64,000 bases of DNA from Minisyncoccota bacterium. GTDB taxonomy: Bacteria > Patescibacteriota > Minisyncoccia > Phycocordibacterales > UBA2100. The position numbers were made by a program, and so were the translations under genes. The stretch spans positions 70,921 to 134,920 of the forward strand of contig DATJXE010000003.1 in NCBI GenBank assembly GCA_035500505.1, written 5' to 3'. Positions 36,838 to 46,159 of this stretch are shown in pieces; positions within the stretch are counted from its first letter, which is position 1; each line of letters starts with the position of its first letter. The notes under the pieces were generated by a model that was not told where the DNA came from, searched no databases, and worked only from the letters and a program-made list of their open reading frames with translations.

Positions 36838-36903
36838 AACTCCCATGCCCTTGCGGGCGCTACCACCTCAAGGTAGTACGTCTACCAATTTCGCCACCTG
36901 CGC
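36817..36903 (-). tRNA. tRNA-Leu (anticodon GAG), long variable arm
   Basis: GCGCAGGTGGCGAAATTGGTAGACG... closely resembles E. coli tRNA-Leu; anticodon loop TTGAGGT; T-loop TTCGAGT. Confidence 0.85.
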
Positions 36904-36937
36904 GTTCGATAAATATACGGCGAGGCGCAAAGAAAAG

Positions 36938-37411
36938 CTACTCGCTTTTCTCCACGGCCTTCTCGTCCGTCGGTGCGGTCATCTCCTCGACGATCATCTC
37001 TTTCTCCGCTTCCGTTTCCTTGGCAAAATCTGCGGGGACGCCTTCCGCTTCGGTGGCTCCGACCATGCGCGTGCGGCGCAACTGACGACGCGCTTCGCGC
37101 GCGACTTTTTCGCGGATGTAGTAGAGCTTGGCGCGGCGGACGCTCGAGCGCTTCACCACTTCTATTTTGTCTATCATCGGCGAGTAGAGCGGGAACACTT
37201 TTTCGACGCCAACGCCGGAGAGCGTGCGGCGCACGGTGAATGTGCCGCCCGCTTCGGTGCCGTGCTTGCGAGCCAAGACGAGCCCTTCGAATATTTGGAT
37301 GCGGTACTTCCCTTTTTCCTCGATCTTTTGGTGCACACGCACCGTGTCCCCCGGCCGAAGGTCGAGGTTCTTTCGCATGTCCATGTCTATCGGTGATATC
37401 GTGATCGCCAT
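36938..37411 (-). CDS. rplS: 50S ribosomal protein L19 with acidic C-terminal extension
   Basis: Conserved L19 core [15 protein letters not shown]...; TGCTATAGT box 17 nt upstream. Confidence 0.9.
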   Translation of the reverse strand: MAITISPIDMDMRKNLDLRPGDTVRVHQKIEEKGKYRIQIFEGLVLARKHGTEAGGTFTVRRTLSGVGVEKVFPLYSPMIDKIEVVKRSSVRRAKLYYIREKVAREARRQLRRTRMVGATEAEGVPADFAKETEAEKEMIVEEMTAPTDEKAVEKSE

Positions 37412-37483
37412 ACTTTTGTCGCGGCACTATAGCACTCTCATGCCGCAAATTCAACTCTTCGCACGCGTCGCTCGCCCATTTTG

Positions 37484-37555
37484 TGCACCCTGAGAGATTT
37501 GAACTCCCGACCTTCGCTGTGTAAAAGCGCTGCTCTACCACTGAGCTAAGGGTGC
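37484..37555 (-). tRNA. tRNA-Val (anticodon TAC)
   Basis: GCACCCT acceptor, GCTC/GAGC D-stem, anticodon loop TTTACAC, T-loop TTCAAAT. Confidence 0.8.
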
Positions 37556-37557
37556 CC

Positions 37558-37629
37558 TCCCCTCGGTTGGAATCGAACCAACATCAACGGCTTAGAAGTC
37601 CGCCGCACTATCCATTGTGCTACGAGGGG
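37558..37629 (-). tRNA. tRNA-Arg (anticodon TCT)
   Basis: Anticodon loop CTTCTAA as in argU-type tRNAs, TTCGATT T-loop, 2 nt from tRNA-Val; position 31-39 is an A-G mismatch. Confidence 0.7.
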
Positions 37630-37661
37630 ACACTAAATGTAACCCGAAACCGAGGCCCTTT

Positions 37662-37991
37662 CTACTTCGACGGGTCCGCGACCTGCGGCGCGGGCGACTG
37701 CAGGATGGACTGGTACTGTGCCTGTCGCGCGGATAACGTGCCGAGTTCGCTTCGCAGTTTTGCGGGATCCAACGGCGGCGGTGCAGAAGTGGGCGCTTGG
37801 ACCGAATTCTCTGCCTGGGTCACTGCCGACATTTCATGCACTCCCAGAAGCACCGAGGAGAGAAGTGCAAGAAACGCGATGACGAGAAGGGTGCGCCAGA
37901 GCAGTTCGCCGAGCGCGTGGATATTCTCCGGCTCGCTCCGATAGCTCCAGACCTCCTTGACGCGCGACAATGAGAAAAAGTCGAAGGTCAT
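37662..37991 (-). CDS. Small membrane protein downstream of the pilMNO-like genes
   Basis: One TM helix; overlaps the pilO-like stop. Confidence 0.4.
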   Translation of the reverse strand: MTFDFFSLSRVKEVWSYRSEPENIHALGELLWRTLLVIAFLALLSSVLLGVHEMSAVTQAENSVQAPTSAPPPLDPAKLRSELGTLSARQAQYQSILQSPAPQVADPSK

Positions 37992-38533
37992 GATGAGACG
38001 TGGGCGCTTGTAAGAACGCTGATACGCGCGGTGAGTTGCCAAGAGCTGCCTTGACCAGGACCAGAGCTTGGAAGCTGTTCAAAGTCGAGTTCTTCGACGT
38101 TCGAAGGAAGCGGCAGGGACCCAAAAAGTTGCGCCGCTCTCCACACTTGCGCGAACGTGCCGGTAGATTGCACGACGAACTCGAGCTGGCTCACGCCCGA
38201 CGTCGGATTTTGGTGGGTCGCGGCCGTCGCGGACCCGATGGTCGTCTTCGTGCCGGCCGCCTGCCCGGCACTCTGTATCGCATTGGCGATGCCAACGACG
38301 TCCGTCCCGACGAATCCGTCGAGTGTCGCGCGGTCGGATGCGGTATCCACCACGATCGCATGCAGTTCTATCGCGTTCACCTGCTGCGCGTTCTGAATGC
38401 TCGAAGAGGAAAGCGCTTCGGCGCGCGCGGCGAGGCGCGCAGAGGTGTCGGAAAAAAAGAACCACGCTGCGCCCCACATGGACAACGAAAGTGCGAGTGC
38501 GGCGAACGAACCGTATGTGAGAGAGGTTCGCAT
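37988..38533 (-). CDS. pilO: PilO-like type IV pilus assembly protein
   Basis: N-terminal TM then periplasmic domain; positional with pilM and pilN. Confidence 0.55.
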   Translation of the reverse strand: MRTSLTYGSFAALALSLSMWGAAWFFFSDTSARLAARAEALSSSSIQNAQQVNAIELHAIVVDTASDRATLDGFVGTDVVGIANAIQSAGQAAGTKTTIGSATAATHQNPTSGVSQLEFVVQSTGTFAQVWRAAQLFGSLPLPSNVEELDFEQLPSSGPGQGSSWQLTARISVLTSAHVSS

Positions 38534-38534
38534 A

Positions 38535-39047
38535 TTAGGGGTTGATCTTCATCGTGATAGTAAAACCGCCGCCTTGGGAACCCAAAAGCGCGGAGACCGG
38601 CACCGAAACGTTGCTGAACCGCAGGTCGCTTTGGAGCGCTTGTTGGAACGTGTTCACGTCTCCCGGCGTATCGGCGTGGCCTGCGATCGCAATGGACTGT
38701 TGCGTGACCGAGTAGGAAATATTGTCTACATGGACGCCTTCTCCCCGCTGCGAGAGCGCCGCAAGCAAGGCGTCCAACGATGATGTGGCCGAGACGGGTT
38801 GCAGCGACGTGAGGAGCGCCTTGGTGTGCGCGACCGCCGCACTATCGGCCTTGGCATCGCCGCTTTGTGGAGAGAGGTCCTGCGACGCGGCGGGAGCGAA
38901 TGAGGCGATCGCCAGCGCGGCGGGCGTGAGTGCGATGATAAAAAATGACGCGGATACGAACAGGACCAGCGCCGTCGCAAGCAAAAAACGGCTGCGGAAT
39001 TCCGCTTTCATTCTCTTCTGTGCCGGTGGTGGAAGAAGGTTGGACAT
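38535..39047 (-). CDS. pilN: PilN-like type IV pilus assembly protein
   Basis: Short cytoplasmic N-terminus, TM, periplasmic domain; ATGA overlap with pilM. Confidence 0.55.
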   Translation of the reverse strand: MSNLLPPPAQKRMKAEFRSRFLLATALVLFVSASFFIIALTPAALAIASFAPAASQDLSPQSGDAKADSAAVAHTKALLTSLQPVSATSSLDALLAALSQRGEGVHVDNISYSVTQQSIAIAGHADTPGDVNTFQQALQSDLRFSNVSVPVSALLGSQGGGFTITMKINP

Positions 39048-39049
39048 GG

Positions 39050-40114
39050 TCAATCGCGCAGTGCGAGCCCTATCGCGGTCGCATACTGGAGGGAGTTGCG
39101 CCGTTCGATGGGCGGGATGTATTCGTCGAAGGAACACACGTTGTTCCAGACGTTCGGGCGCTCGACGGGCGCCTGTACCCGTCCCGCGATGTAATCCGCG
39201 AGGCCTTTCATGTTGGCACTGCCGCCAAGGAGAAGCACGTGAGAAACCGGAGAGACGCGTTCGCCGCGATCGTTCCTGCGCGTATCCCAGTAGTTGAAAT
39301 GCCGCGCAACTTCGCTTCCGAGCGCGCTCGCGGCGCCGGAAACGGCCTCGAGGCCGGGCGATTTCACACCGCCTTCGGGAAGAAGGCCCTGTTCATTCTT
39401 CCACAATTGCACTTGTTCTTGCGAAAGATGCATTTTCTCCTTCAGCGCGCGGTCGACGGCTTCGCCGCCGATCTCGACGGTCGACGTAAAAATGGGAATA
39501 CCGGATTTGAGGACCGCGAATCCGGTGCGTTTGAAACCGAAATCGACCAAAAGCGCGATATTCCCCGGTGACATGCGTGGGACCGCGGCGCGGGCTATGG
39601 AGCGCGCCTCTATCTCGAGCGACAGGAGCGAAAATCCCGCGTCCGCGAAGGAGTCCGCATAGCTCTCCGCGAGCTCGCGCGGAAACACGACGACGCCGAT
39701 CTCCTGGGCGTCGCCTTCTTGCCCCGGAATGAGGTCGAAATCGTAGACCGCGGCGGTGGGCGGGATCGGCACGCGCGCCTCGAACTCGAACTCGATCATG
39801 CTGAGTATCTGTTCGCGAGATGAACCCGCGGGCGCGCTCAAGCTGAAGACGAACGCGGATTCTTCCGGAAGCGCGGCATGCACGGCCGTTACACGCGGCA
39901 TCTTCCTTTTTATCGCGCGGAGTGCTTCCGTGAGGCGTGCGGGGTCCTGGATGACGCCCGCAGATACTATTCCTCCGGGAAGCGGCTCCTGCCCCCATGC
40001 TTCCACCTTTCGGCTCCCGCGCCCCGGGCGGCTCAAGGCGATCCACTTGATCGACGCGTCGGAAATGTCTATCCCTGCACAGCGAGGAGAGAGAAAATTC
40101 GGAGCGGGGAACAT
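39050..40114 (-). CDS. pilM: Type IV pilus assembly ATPase-like actin-fold protein PilM
   Basis: Actin-like fold GIDISDASIKW...LVDFGFKRT; internal Met start. Confidence 0.75.
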   Translation of the reverse strand: MFPAPNFLSPRCAGIDISDASIKWIALSRPGRGSRKVEAWGQEPLPGGIVSAGVIQDPARLTEALRAIKRKMPRVTAVHAALPEESAFVFSLSAPAGSSREQILSMIEFEFEARVPIPPTAAVYDFDLIPGQEGDAQEIGVVVFPRELAESYADSFADAGFSLLSLEIEARSIARAAVPRMSPGNIALLVDFGFKRTGFAVLKSGIPIFTSTVEIGGEAVDRALKEKMHLSQEQVQLWKNEQGLLPEGGVKSPGLEAVSGAASALGSEVARHFNYWDTRRNDRGERVSPVSHVLLLGGSANMKGLADYIAGRVQAPVERPNVWNNVCSFDEYIPPIERRNSLQYATAIGLALRD

Positions 40115-40200
40115 GCGCGAGAACAATCCCCCGCGCTTCCCGGCACTCCCAGAAGGACCGGCGCGTTGCATTGTGAAATTATATCATTGCCAGCGACGCA

Positions 40201-40533
40201 TCACTTCAACTTCGTCCCCGGCAAAACATCGCGTTCCGGAAATAAAAGTGCGACACCATTCTCGTCCGATGCCGCAAGCAACATTCCTTGGCTTTCCACA
40301 CCGCGCAGCATCTTCGGCGCGAGGTTCACGATGTAGGGTAGGCGCTTGCCGACGAGCTCTTCTGGCTTTTTCCACTGCGCGATTCCCGAGACGATGGTTC
40401 GTTCCCCTAATTCGCCCAGGTCGACGGTGCATTTGATCAGTTTGTCGGTATCCGGCACGAGCTCGGCGGCAACGATCTTCCCGATGCGGATGTCGAGTTT
40501 GGCAAAATCGTCGTAGGAGATCTCTTCGGCCAT
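40201..40533 (-). CDS. Stand-alone tRNA-binding domain protein (Trbp111/CsaA/EMAP-like; homolog of the MetRS C-terminal domain)
   Basis: OB-fold FAKLDIRIGKIVAAE...LVGKRLPYIVNLAP typical of the Myf/tRNA_bind domain. Confidence 0.75.
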   Translation of the reverse strand: MAEEISYDDFAKLDIRIGKIVAAELVPDTDKLIKCTVDLGELGERTIVSGIAQWKKPEELVGKRLPYIVNLAPKMLRGVESQGMLLAASDENGVALLFPERDVLPGTKLK

Positions 40534-40542
40534 ATTGCAATT

Positions 40543-40932
40543 CTAACGCGAAGCGTTCATATCCAAAAATCGCTGCAGAATGAGCGCCGCGGCCGCAGCA
40601 TCGTCGTGTTCTTTCCCCTTGGGCGCGTGACGCGAGGCCTCTATCGAAGAGAAAACCTCGAAGCCTCTGGAAAGGGGCAGCCCGGTTTCGCGCGCCAGCA
40701 CCTCCATGAACCTTTCGGCCTCCGGTGTTACGGGATTCTCGCCACCTCCGTGAGAGCGGGTATCACCGACGACGATGGCTTCGACACGTTCTTCCTGAGC
40801 GGTGCGCACAAGCCGCGTCAAAAGCTCTTTGTCGTTAGCGAGCGTCGCCCGTGGGAATGCGATCGTCCCGCGCTCGTCGGAAACCGCGACGCCCACGCGT
40901 TTCGAACCATAATCAACGCCCAAGTACTTCAT
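40543..40932 (-). CDS. ruvX: Holliday-junction resolvase-like YqgF/RuvX
   Basis: MKYLGVDYGSKRVGVAVSD start; TGTATACT box 8 nt upstream of ATG; the longer upstream ORF extension is non-coding-like. Confidence 0.8.
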   Translation of the reverse strand: MKYLGVDYGSKRVGVAVSDERGTIAFPRATLANDKELLTRLVRTAQEERVEAIVVGDTRSHGGGENPVTPEAERFMEVLARETGLPLSRGFEVFSSIEASRHAPKGKEHDDAAAAALILQRFLDMNASR

Positions 40933-41225
40933 TAAGCCAAGTATACAGAACGCGAAACGCCTCGTCGCCCTGGCGGGGCGAAAGGGGTCGGGAAAACTGT
41001 AGTTTTCCCGTGGAGGAGAGCAGCGACCCGTCTTTGGCGGGGAGTGTTGAGACCTGCGGGTTCTCAAAAGGCATTTCGTGTTCATGATGAACGCGAAACG
41101 CCTGTCTCGGGGTCAAGAGACAGGCGCTCGCTTGAGGCTTTTGAACCCCAATTCGCTGGGCCCTCTGCGCTAGAGGCGCGAGGGAATGCCAGCTACAGGT
41201 AGTACATCCTTTCGAAACTCTTATT

Positions 41226-41933
41226 TCAGTCCCCCACTTCCCGTACGCCGAAGGCGTGCACGGTGCCGGAGGCTTGGTCGCCGAACACGACCACCGTGTC
41301 TCCGACGTCGAATCCGCCGCCAAGCGGAAGTCTCGTTGAGGGCCCGAGGATGACCGTCGTGGTTCCGGCCTCGTTCTCATCGGCGAGCAAGAAACCCCCC
41401 GGGATCATGGATACGATCGTGCCGTGGTAGATGCCGGGCACGTGTTCTGCCCCCACGCGGTAAATGACGTCGAGGGGTGGCGGCAATCCTCCAGGAAGTC
41501 GCGCATCGTGCAGAAGTCCAGCGTGGATGCGGGTGCGTTCGAGCGCATACCCGCCGCAGACAACGATGACGAGGATGGCGAGCACGGAAACGAGGAGCGG
41601 CGTCCGATAGCCGACGCGGTAGCGGCGCACCAGTATTTCAAGTATCACGAGGAATAGGACCAAAAGCGTGATGAGGATGAGCGGTAACGCCGCGAAGAAC
41701 GCGAAGAGTCCTCGCATGCCGAAGACAGGGACGAAAAGTGCGCCGTCCTGCCGGAGCGTGAAGATGGCAAAGCTCGTGATAAAAAGGAGTGTGAGCGCGA
41801 GGATGATGACACCCAGCGCTGCGAGCGCGCCGGAGAGGACGAATTTCCACCGCGGGCGCATATGCACGCGCCCCGAATGGATCGCGTCCATGACGTTCTT
41901 TTCGAGCGAAGGCTGTTTGTTCGGTTCAACCAT
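41226..41933 (-). CDS. Multi-TM membrane protein, positional candidate anti-sigma factor
   Basis: Overlaps the stop of the ECF sigma gene by 8 nt; four TM helices and a C-terminal soluble region. Confidence 0.45.
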   Translation of the reverse strand: MVEPNKQPSLEKNVMDAIHSGRVHMRPRWKFVLSGALAALGVIILALTLLFITSFAIFTLRQDGALFVPVFGMRGLFAFFAALPLILITLLVLFLVILEILVRRYRVGYRTPLLVSVLAILVIVVCGGYALERTRIHAGLLHDARLPGGLPPPLDVIYRVGAEHVPGIYHGTIVSMIPGGFLLADENEAGTTTVILGPSTRLPLGGGFDVGDTVVVFGDQASGTVHAFGVREVGD

Positions 41934-42486
41934 ATAAATTCTTTTTCGCGGCTATCCGCTTCAGGCTCGCTTTGCCGCGGGCGAGCCTGACCCCGACCGT
42001 CGACATCGGTATGCGAAGCACGTCCGCCATGTCTTTATAGCTTAACCCCTCGAAGTAGTACAAAACCAGAGGCTCGCGATATTTCGGGTCGAGTTCGTCG
42101 AGACACTGCTCGAGTATCTCCTTGGTATCGCGCTCGAGCGCCTGATCGTCGGCCGTTTCCCCCGCGGCGAGATGCGGAAAAACGACGTCGAGATCGATGC
42201 CGAAAACGGGTCCGCGGGCACGTTTTTTGATGGCATTGACGAATTCGTTGTGCGCGATGCGATAAATCCAAGGCGAAAAGCGCCGTGTCGCATCGAAGCT
42301 CTGGATGTTCTCGTATGCCTTGATGAACACTTCTTGCACGATGTCTTTCGCATCGTCCGGATCGCGCAGGAATTTGCGCGCGTAGCGCATAAGTTTGTCC
42401 TCATACCGTTCGACGAGTTCGCCGAAAGCCTCGCTGTCGCCTTGTTGCACGCGCGTTGCCACTATTTCGTCAGTTTCATTCGCCAT
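41926..42486 (-). CDS. ECF-type RNA polymerase sigma factor
   Basis: Sigma-70 region 2 and region 4 ([26 protein letters not shown]). Confidence 0.8.
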   Translation of the reverse strand: MANETDEIVATRVQQGDSEAFGELVERYEDKLMRYARKFLRDPDDAKDIVQEVFIKAYENIQSFDATRRFSPWIYRIAHNEFVNAIKKRARGPVFGIDLDVVFPHLAAGETADDQALERDTKEILEQCLDELDPKYREPLVLYYFEGLSYKDMADVLRIPMSTVGVRLARGKASLKRIAAKKNLYG

Positions 42487-42889
42487 TGAGTTTGGAGGTT
42501 TTGAGCCGCTCCGGCTCCAGAGCCTTCAATCTCACCACCTTGACGCTAAGCCCCGCCTTAGTCAAATCATTCTCCAAACGGTCTACGTAGTCGCCGTGTT
42601 GGTCGTATCCGAGCGCGATGATATCTGGTTTTGCGGCAATGATGTGGTCGAGATATCCTTCTTCGTCACCAAGCACGACCTCATCAACGAGCGGATGCGC
42701 GGCGAGAAGAGCTCGCCGTTCGTCGGCCGTGTTGCGAGGCTTCTTGCCCTTTATCCGAACCACGTTCTCGTCGCGAGCGACGGAAACGATCAGGTGCGGC
42801 TCCTTCGCGAGCGCTCGTGCTTGTGCAAAAAAATCCTCATGTCCCGCGTGGACCATGTCGAACGTGCCAAAGACCATGATGCGGGTCAT
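42476..42889 (-). CDS. Cytidylyltransferase-like nucleotidyltransferase domain, likely FMN adenylyltransferase
   Basis: [11 protein letters not shown] motif; start at internal Met forming an ATGA overlap with the EamA gene. Confidence 0.6.
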   Translation of the reverse strand: MTRIMVFGTFDMVHAGHEDFFAQARALAKEPHLIVSVARDENVVRIKGKKPRNTADERRALLAAHPLVDEVVLGDEEGYLDHIIAAKPDIIALGYDQHGDYVDRLENDLTKAGLSVKVVRLKALEPERLKTSKLNGE

Positions 42890-43839
42890 GCCACGACCGT
42901 CTCCTCCTGATTCACTCGCGAGAGCATGAACATTGCAAAGAGAAGAAGTGCGGTGCCGGCCCACTGGCCGAGGAAAAGGCCCAGGAACGTCCCCGCCGCC
43001 CAGTTGCCGGGAATGAAGTACGCGTTGACGAATACGGCGGCGAGCGGAAAACCAAGTTCTGCGATGGTCGCGATGGAAGCGCGCGTGTACTGAAGTCCAT
43101 AGTAGTAGAGGAAGAGCGAGAATACGCCGGATGCGAAGGCAATGATGACGATGAACAATACGTCGGTGCCGGTCAGGACACCCGGAGCGGGGAACGTTCC
43201 CTGCACCGCGTTCAACGCGATGAGAAAGAGAAGCCCGACGACGAACCGGAGCGACGTGAGGGTCTGGAACGCCGCCGTGCGGAGTACGTATTTGCCGAAA
43301 ACGGTAGAAGCGCCCCACAAGAGCGCTGCGAGAAGTGCGAGCGATGCCCCTATCACGTTGGGATTAAACGTTTCTCCCACATACGTTTGCGGGATGAGGT
43401 TCGGAAAACTGACGAGGTATGCGCCGAAAAGCGCCACACAGGTCCACAGCCAGAATCGTTCGTGCAACTTCTCACCCAAGAGAAACCATGCCAGCCCGAT
43501 CGCTATCAACGGCTGTACCTTTTGCAATACGATGGAGACCGAAGGGTTCACGTAGTGGAACGATTCGGTGAACGCGACGGAGGCGAGCGCTGAACCGCAC
43601 ACGCCGATGAACACGATGGCGAGCCATTCGCGACCGGATATCTTTTTGAGGTTGCCCCAGTTGAAAAGCAGGATGGGTATCGCGACGAGACACGAGACCG
43701 CGTGCTCGCCGAGTACGATGAAATTTGAGGCGAGCGCTTGCGTGAGGTGTAAGCGGAATGGCGCATCGGAGGCCCAGAGCATCGCCGCGGCGAACACGAT
43801 GGCGGGTCCCCATATCGCGAGTTTGCGGGCGTTGCTCAT
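42886..43839 (-). CDS. EamA/DMT-family 10-TM transporter (RibN-like by context)
   Basis: Two EamA repeats; lies between the riboflavin kinase and FMN adenylyltransferase genes with 4-nt overlaps. Confidence 0.7.
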   Translation of the reverse strand: MSNARKLAIWGPAIVFAAAMLWASDAPFRLHLTQALASNFIVLGEHAVSCLVAIPILLFNWGNLKKISGREWLAIVFIGVCGSALASVAFTESFHYVNPSVSIVLQKVQPLIAIGLAWFLLGEKLHERFWLWTCVALFGAYLVSFPNLIPQTYVGETFNPNVIGASLALLAALLWGASTVFGKYVLRTAAFQTLTSLRFVVGLLFLIALNAVQGTFPAPGVLTGTDVLFIVIIAFASGVFSLFLYYYGLQYTRASIATIAELGFPLAAVFVNAYFIPGNWAAGTFLGLFLGQWAGTALLLFAMFMLSRVNQEETVVA

Positions 43840-44174
43840 AGACCGAAGTATTGTCGCACGCCTTTGATGTCTTCCGCAATCGCTTTCTTGAGTTCGGCGG
43901 TGTGTTCAAATCGCTTGTCATCGCGCATCTTCTTCAAGAGGTGTATCTCGACTTCCTTGTCGTAGAGGTCGTCGGAGAAATCCAAAAGGTGTGCTTCGAG
44001 TATCTTGCGCGACGTATTGGCGTAGGCGACTGCAAGATACCCTTCTCCGTCGACGAACACCTCGGCGGCGAAGATCCCCTCTGGCCTGTCGCCCTCGAAC
44101 GGGATATTGATCGTCGGGAACCCCAACGCCGTTCCTCGCCTATCCCCCTTCTGAACGACTCCCTTGTACCGCAT
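43836..44174 (-). CDS. Riboflavin kinase domain protein
   Basis: GFPTINI motif of the RibF C-terminal flavokinase domain, as a stand-alone 112-aa protein. Confidence 0.75.
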   Translation of the reverse strand: MRYKGVVQKGDRRGTALGFPTINIPFEGDRPEGIFAAEVFVDGEGYLAVAYANTSRKILEAHLLDFSDDLYDKEVEIHLLKKMRDDKRFEHTAELKKAIAEDIKGVRQYFGL

Positions 44175-44260
44175 GGCGGCATCGTACCATTGCGAAAAAG
44201 GCCTCGCGAGGTAGTATCCGCAACAGGACCGATATCGGTCAGAATAGAGAGGGTTAGGTT

Positions 44261-45283
44261 ATGAGCGAACTCTTGCACCACCCAGCACTCCGGCGCTTCC
44301 ACCCAAGCAGTCGCGGACTGGTTCGCATGGCGTCCCCTCTTTCGAGCGCCATCAATCCGTTCGCAGAAGACAGGGTGCGCATTACTCCGGCGGTCTTGTA
44401 TGACGATACCTTTAACTCAAAAGCCCCGGTCGCGTACGAATTGATCTACGCCGCGATCAACTCGGGAAAAATAACCTCGAAGACGAAGGTCGTTGCTGCG
44501 TCGAGTGGTAACACGGGGCTCGGCATCGCGCAGATCTGCAAGGCTGTCGGCTTGTTGCGCTGCGAGATTGTCATGCAGAACGATACGCCCGGTTCAAAGG
44601 TCGGCACCATCTCGGCTCTCGGGCATCCGATCGATACGGTGCTCCTCAGCTCGGGAACCGTCCAATATGCGCGCGAGAAAGGCCAGCAGCCCGGCTGGTA
44701 CAACGTCGATCAATACGCCGACCGTGCGAACCTGCTGGCGCAATTCAATTACATGGCGCCGCAATTGTGGGGCATCTACGGGAACCGGATCGATCTGATC
44801 GTCGTTCCCGGCGGAACGCTCGGCACTGCGGGCGGTCTGCAGAAATATGCGCAGAATGCGGGCTTTAAGACAAAGATCGTCCTCGCTCTGTGCGCAGACG
44901 GCCAAGAGGTCCCCGGCGCTCGGGACGAGGCGCGCATCCGTCGCGACGTGAAGATCGCTTCAGTGGACAACTTCGAGTACCGCATGACGGCGACGAGGTA
45001 CCAATCCTTTCTCGCGAGCTATGCGATGTTCTCCGAGATCGACTGGACGCCGGGCGGGCCAACCTCGGGACTCGCGTTGTCAGTCGCGTTGCGCTTCCTG
45101 CAAAGACACAAAGATGCGAAGACTCTCGATCAATTTCGGGGGCCTGACGAGAATCTCAACGTCGTTTTTTTGTGTCCTGACGACTACCGCTTGTACGGCG
45201 ATCTGTATCGAAGCACCTTGAACAAAGACCGGGATTTTTCCTTCTCGTCGATCCCGTTCTCGCGTCTTCTCGAAGACGCATGA
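44261..45283 (+). CDS. PLP-dependent cysteine-synthase / Trp-synthase-beta superfamily enzyme
   Basis: SSGNTGLG glycine loop and PALP fold. Confidence 0.65.
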   Translation: MSELLHHPALRRFHPSSRGLVRMASPLSSAINPFAEDRVRITPAVLYDDTFNSKAPVAYELIYAAINSGKITSKTKVVAASSGNTGLGIAQICKAVGLLRCEIVMQNDTPGSKVGTISALGHPIDTVLLSSGTVQYAREKGQQPGWYNVDQYADRANLLAQFNYMAPQLWGIYGNRIDLIVVPGGTLGTAGGLQKYAQNAGFKTKIVLALCADGQEVPGARDEARIRRDVKIASVDNFEYRMTATRYQSFLASYAMFSEIDWTPGGPTSGLALSVALRFLQRHKDAKTLDQFRGPDENLNVVFLCPDDYRLYGDLYRSTLNKDRDFSFSSIPFSRLLEDA

Positions 45284-45297
45284 ACTTCAACGCGAAA

Positions 45298-45336
45298 ACG
45301 GGCACTGGAAATAAACCCCCCAGTGCCCGTTTTTTA
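45298..45336 (+). terminator. Rho-independent terminator
   Basis: acgggcactgg ... ccagtgcccgt 11-bp stem followed by TTTTT. Confidence 0.55.
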
Positions 45337-45356
45337 TGCGTTGTTATACTCATTTG

Positions 45357-46157
45357 ATGAGCTCATTCGAGGGGGCGCTTGTACGTACAAGCGATGTGTT
45401 AGAACCGAAATTGCAACAAGTCCTCTTGGGCGAAGGGCGCTTGAACGAAGCGATGCGGTACGCGGTTTTGGGCGGCGGGAAACGGTTCCGTCCTTTTTTG
45501 GTTCTGGAGAGCGCCAAGCTTTTTGATGTTCATCAGGAGAACGCGCTGAATGTGGCTGTCGCCGTGGAGCTCGTACACTGTTACTCACTTGTACACGACG
45601 ACCTGCCCGCAATGGACAACGATGACATGCGTCGCGGAAAGCCCTCGGTGCACAAACAATTCGGCGAAGCGACGGCGATACTTGCGGGCGATGCGCTCCA
45701 GAGTCTCGCGTTCGAGATGTTGGCTGGCGAAAAAACGGAACTGACACTGGAACTCGCGCGAGCAATCGGCCGCTCTGGCATGGCGGGAGGCCAGCAACTA
45801 GATTTGGATGCGACCGCGGATATCGAACGCGTGGCAGCGCTGAAAACAGGCGCGCTCATTCACTTTTCTGTCTTGAGTGGCGCGATACTTTCCGGCGCGG
45901 AACCCGAGGACAGACATGCGCTCGATGTATACGCGCAGCACCTGGGGCTCGCCTTTCAACTATCAGACGACATTCTCGATGCAGCCAAAGATGCTGCGGC
46001 CGGCAAACGAACGCTCGTAACGACGCTAGGCATTCCCGGAGCAAAAGATCGGCTCGAGCAAGAGGCGCGGGATGGCGGCAAGGCGCTGGAGAGATTCGGG
46101 GCTCGCGCTAGGACGCTGCAAGATGCCGCCGCATTCATGGCGCGTCGTGCGGCGTAG
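45357..46157 (+). CDS. ispA: Polyprenyl diphosphate synthase (FPP/GGPP synthase)
   Basis: First DDxxD motif LVHDDLPAMDNDD; start at internal Met with TGTTATACT box 6 nt upstream. Confidence 0.8.
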   Translation: MSSFEGALVRTSDVLEPKLQQVLLGEGRLNEAMRYAVLGGGKRFRPFLVLESAKLFDVHQENALNVAVAVELVHCYSLVHDDLPAMDNDDMRRGKPSVHKQFGEATAILAGDALQSLAFEMLAGEKTELTLELARAIGRSGMAGGQQLDLDATADIERVAALKTGALIHFSVLSGAILSGAEPEDRHALDVYAQHLGLAFQLSDDILDAAKDAAAGKRTLVTTLGIPGAKDRLEQEARDGGKALERFGARARTLQDAAAFMARRAA

Positions 46158-46159
46158 CG

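Noticed and set aside
36815-37396. 193-aa plus-strand ORF and the neighbouring 36810-37085 ORF
   Set aside because: They run through tRNA-Leu and antisense to rplS, which is unambiguous.
44261-45283. Cystathionine beta-synthase or true CysK assignment for the PLP enzyme
   Set aside because: Only the fold-level glycine loop is recognisable by eye; the exact lysine motif and substrate-loop residues could not be aligned confidently, so it is kept at superfamily level.
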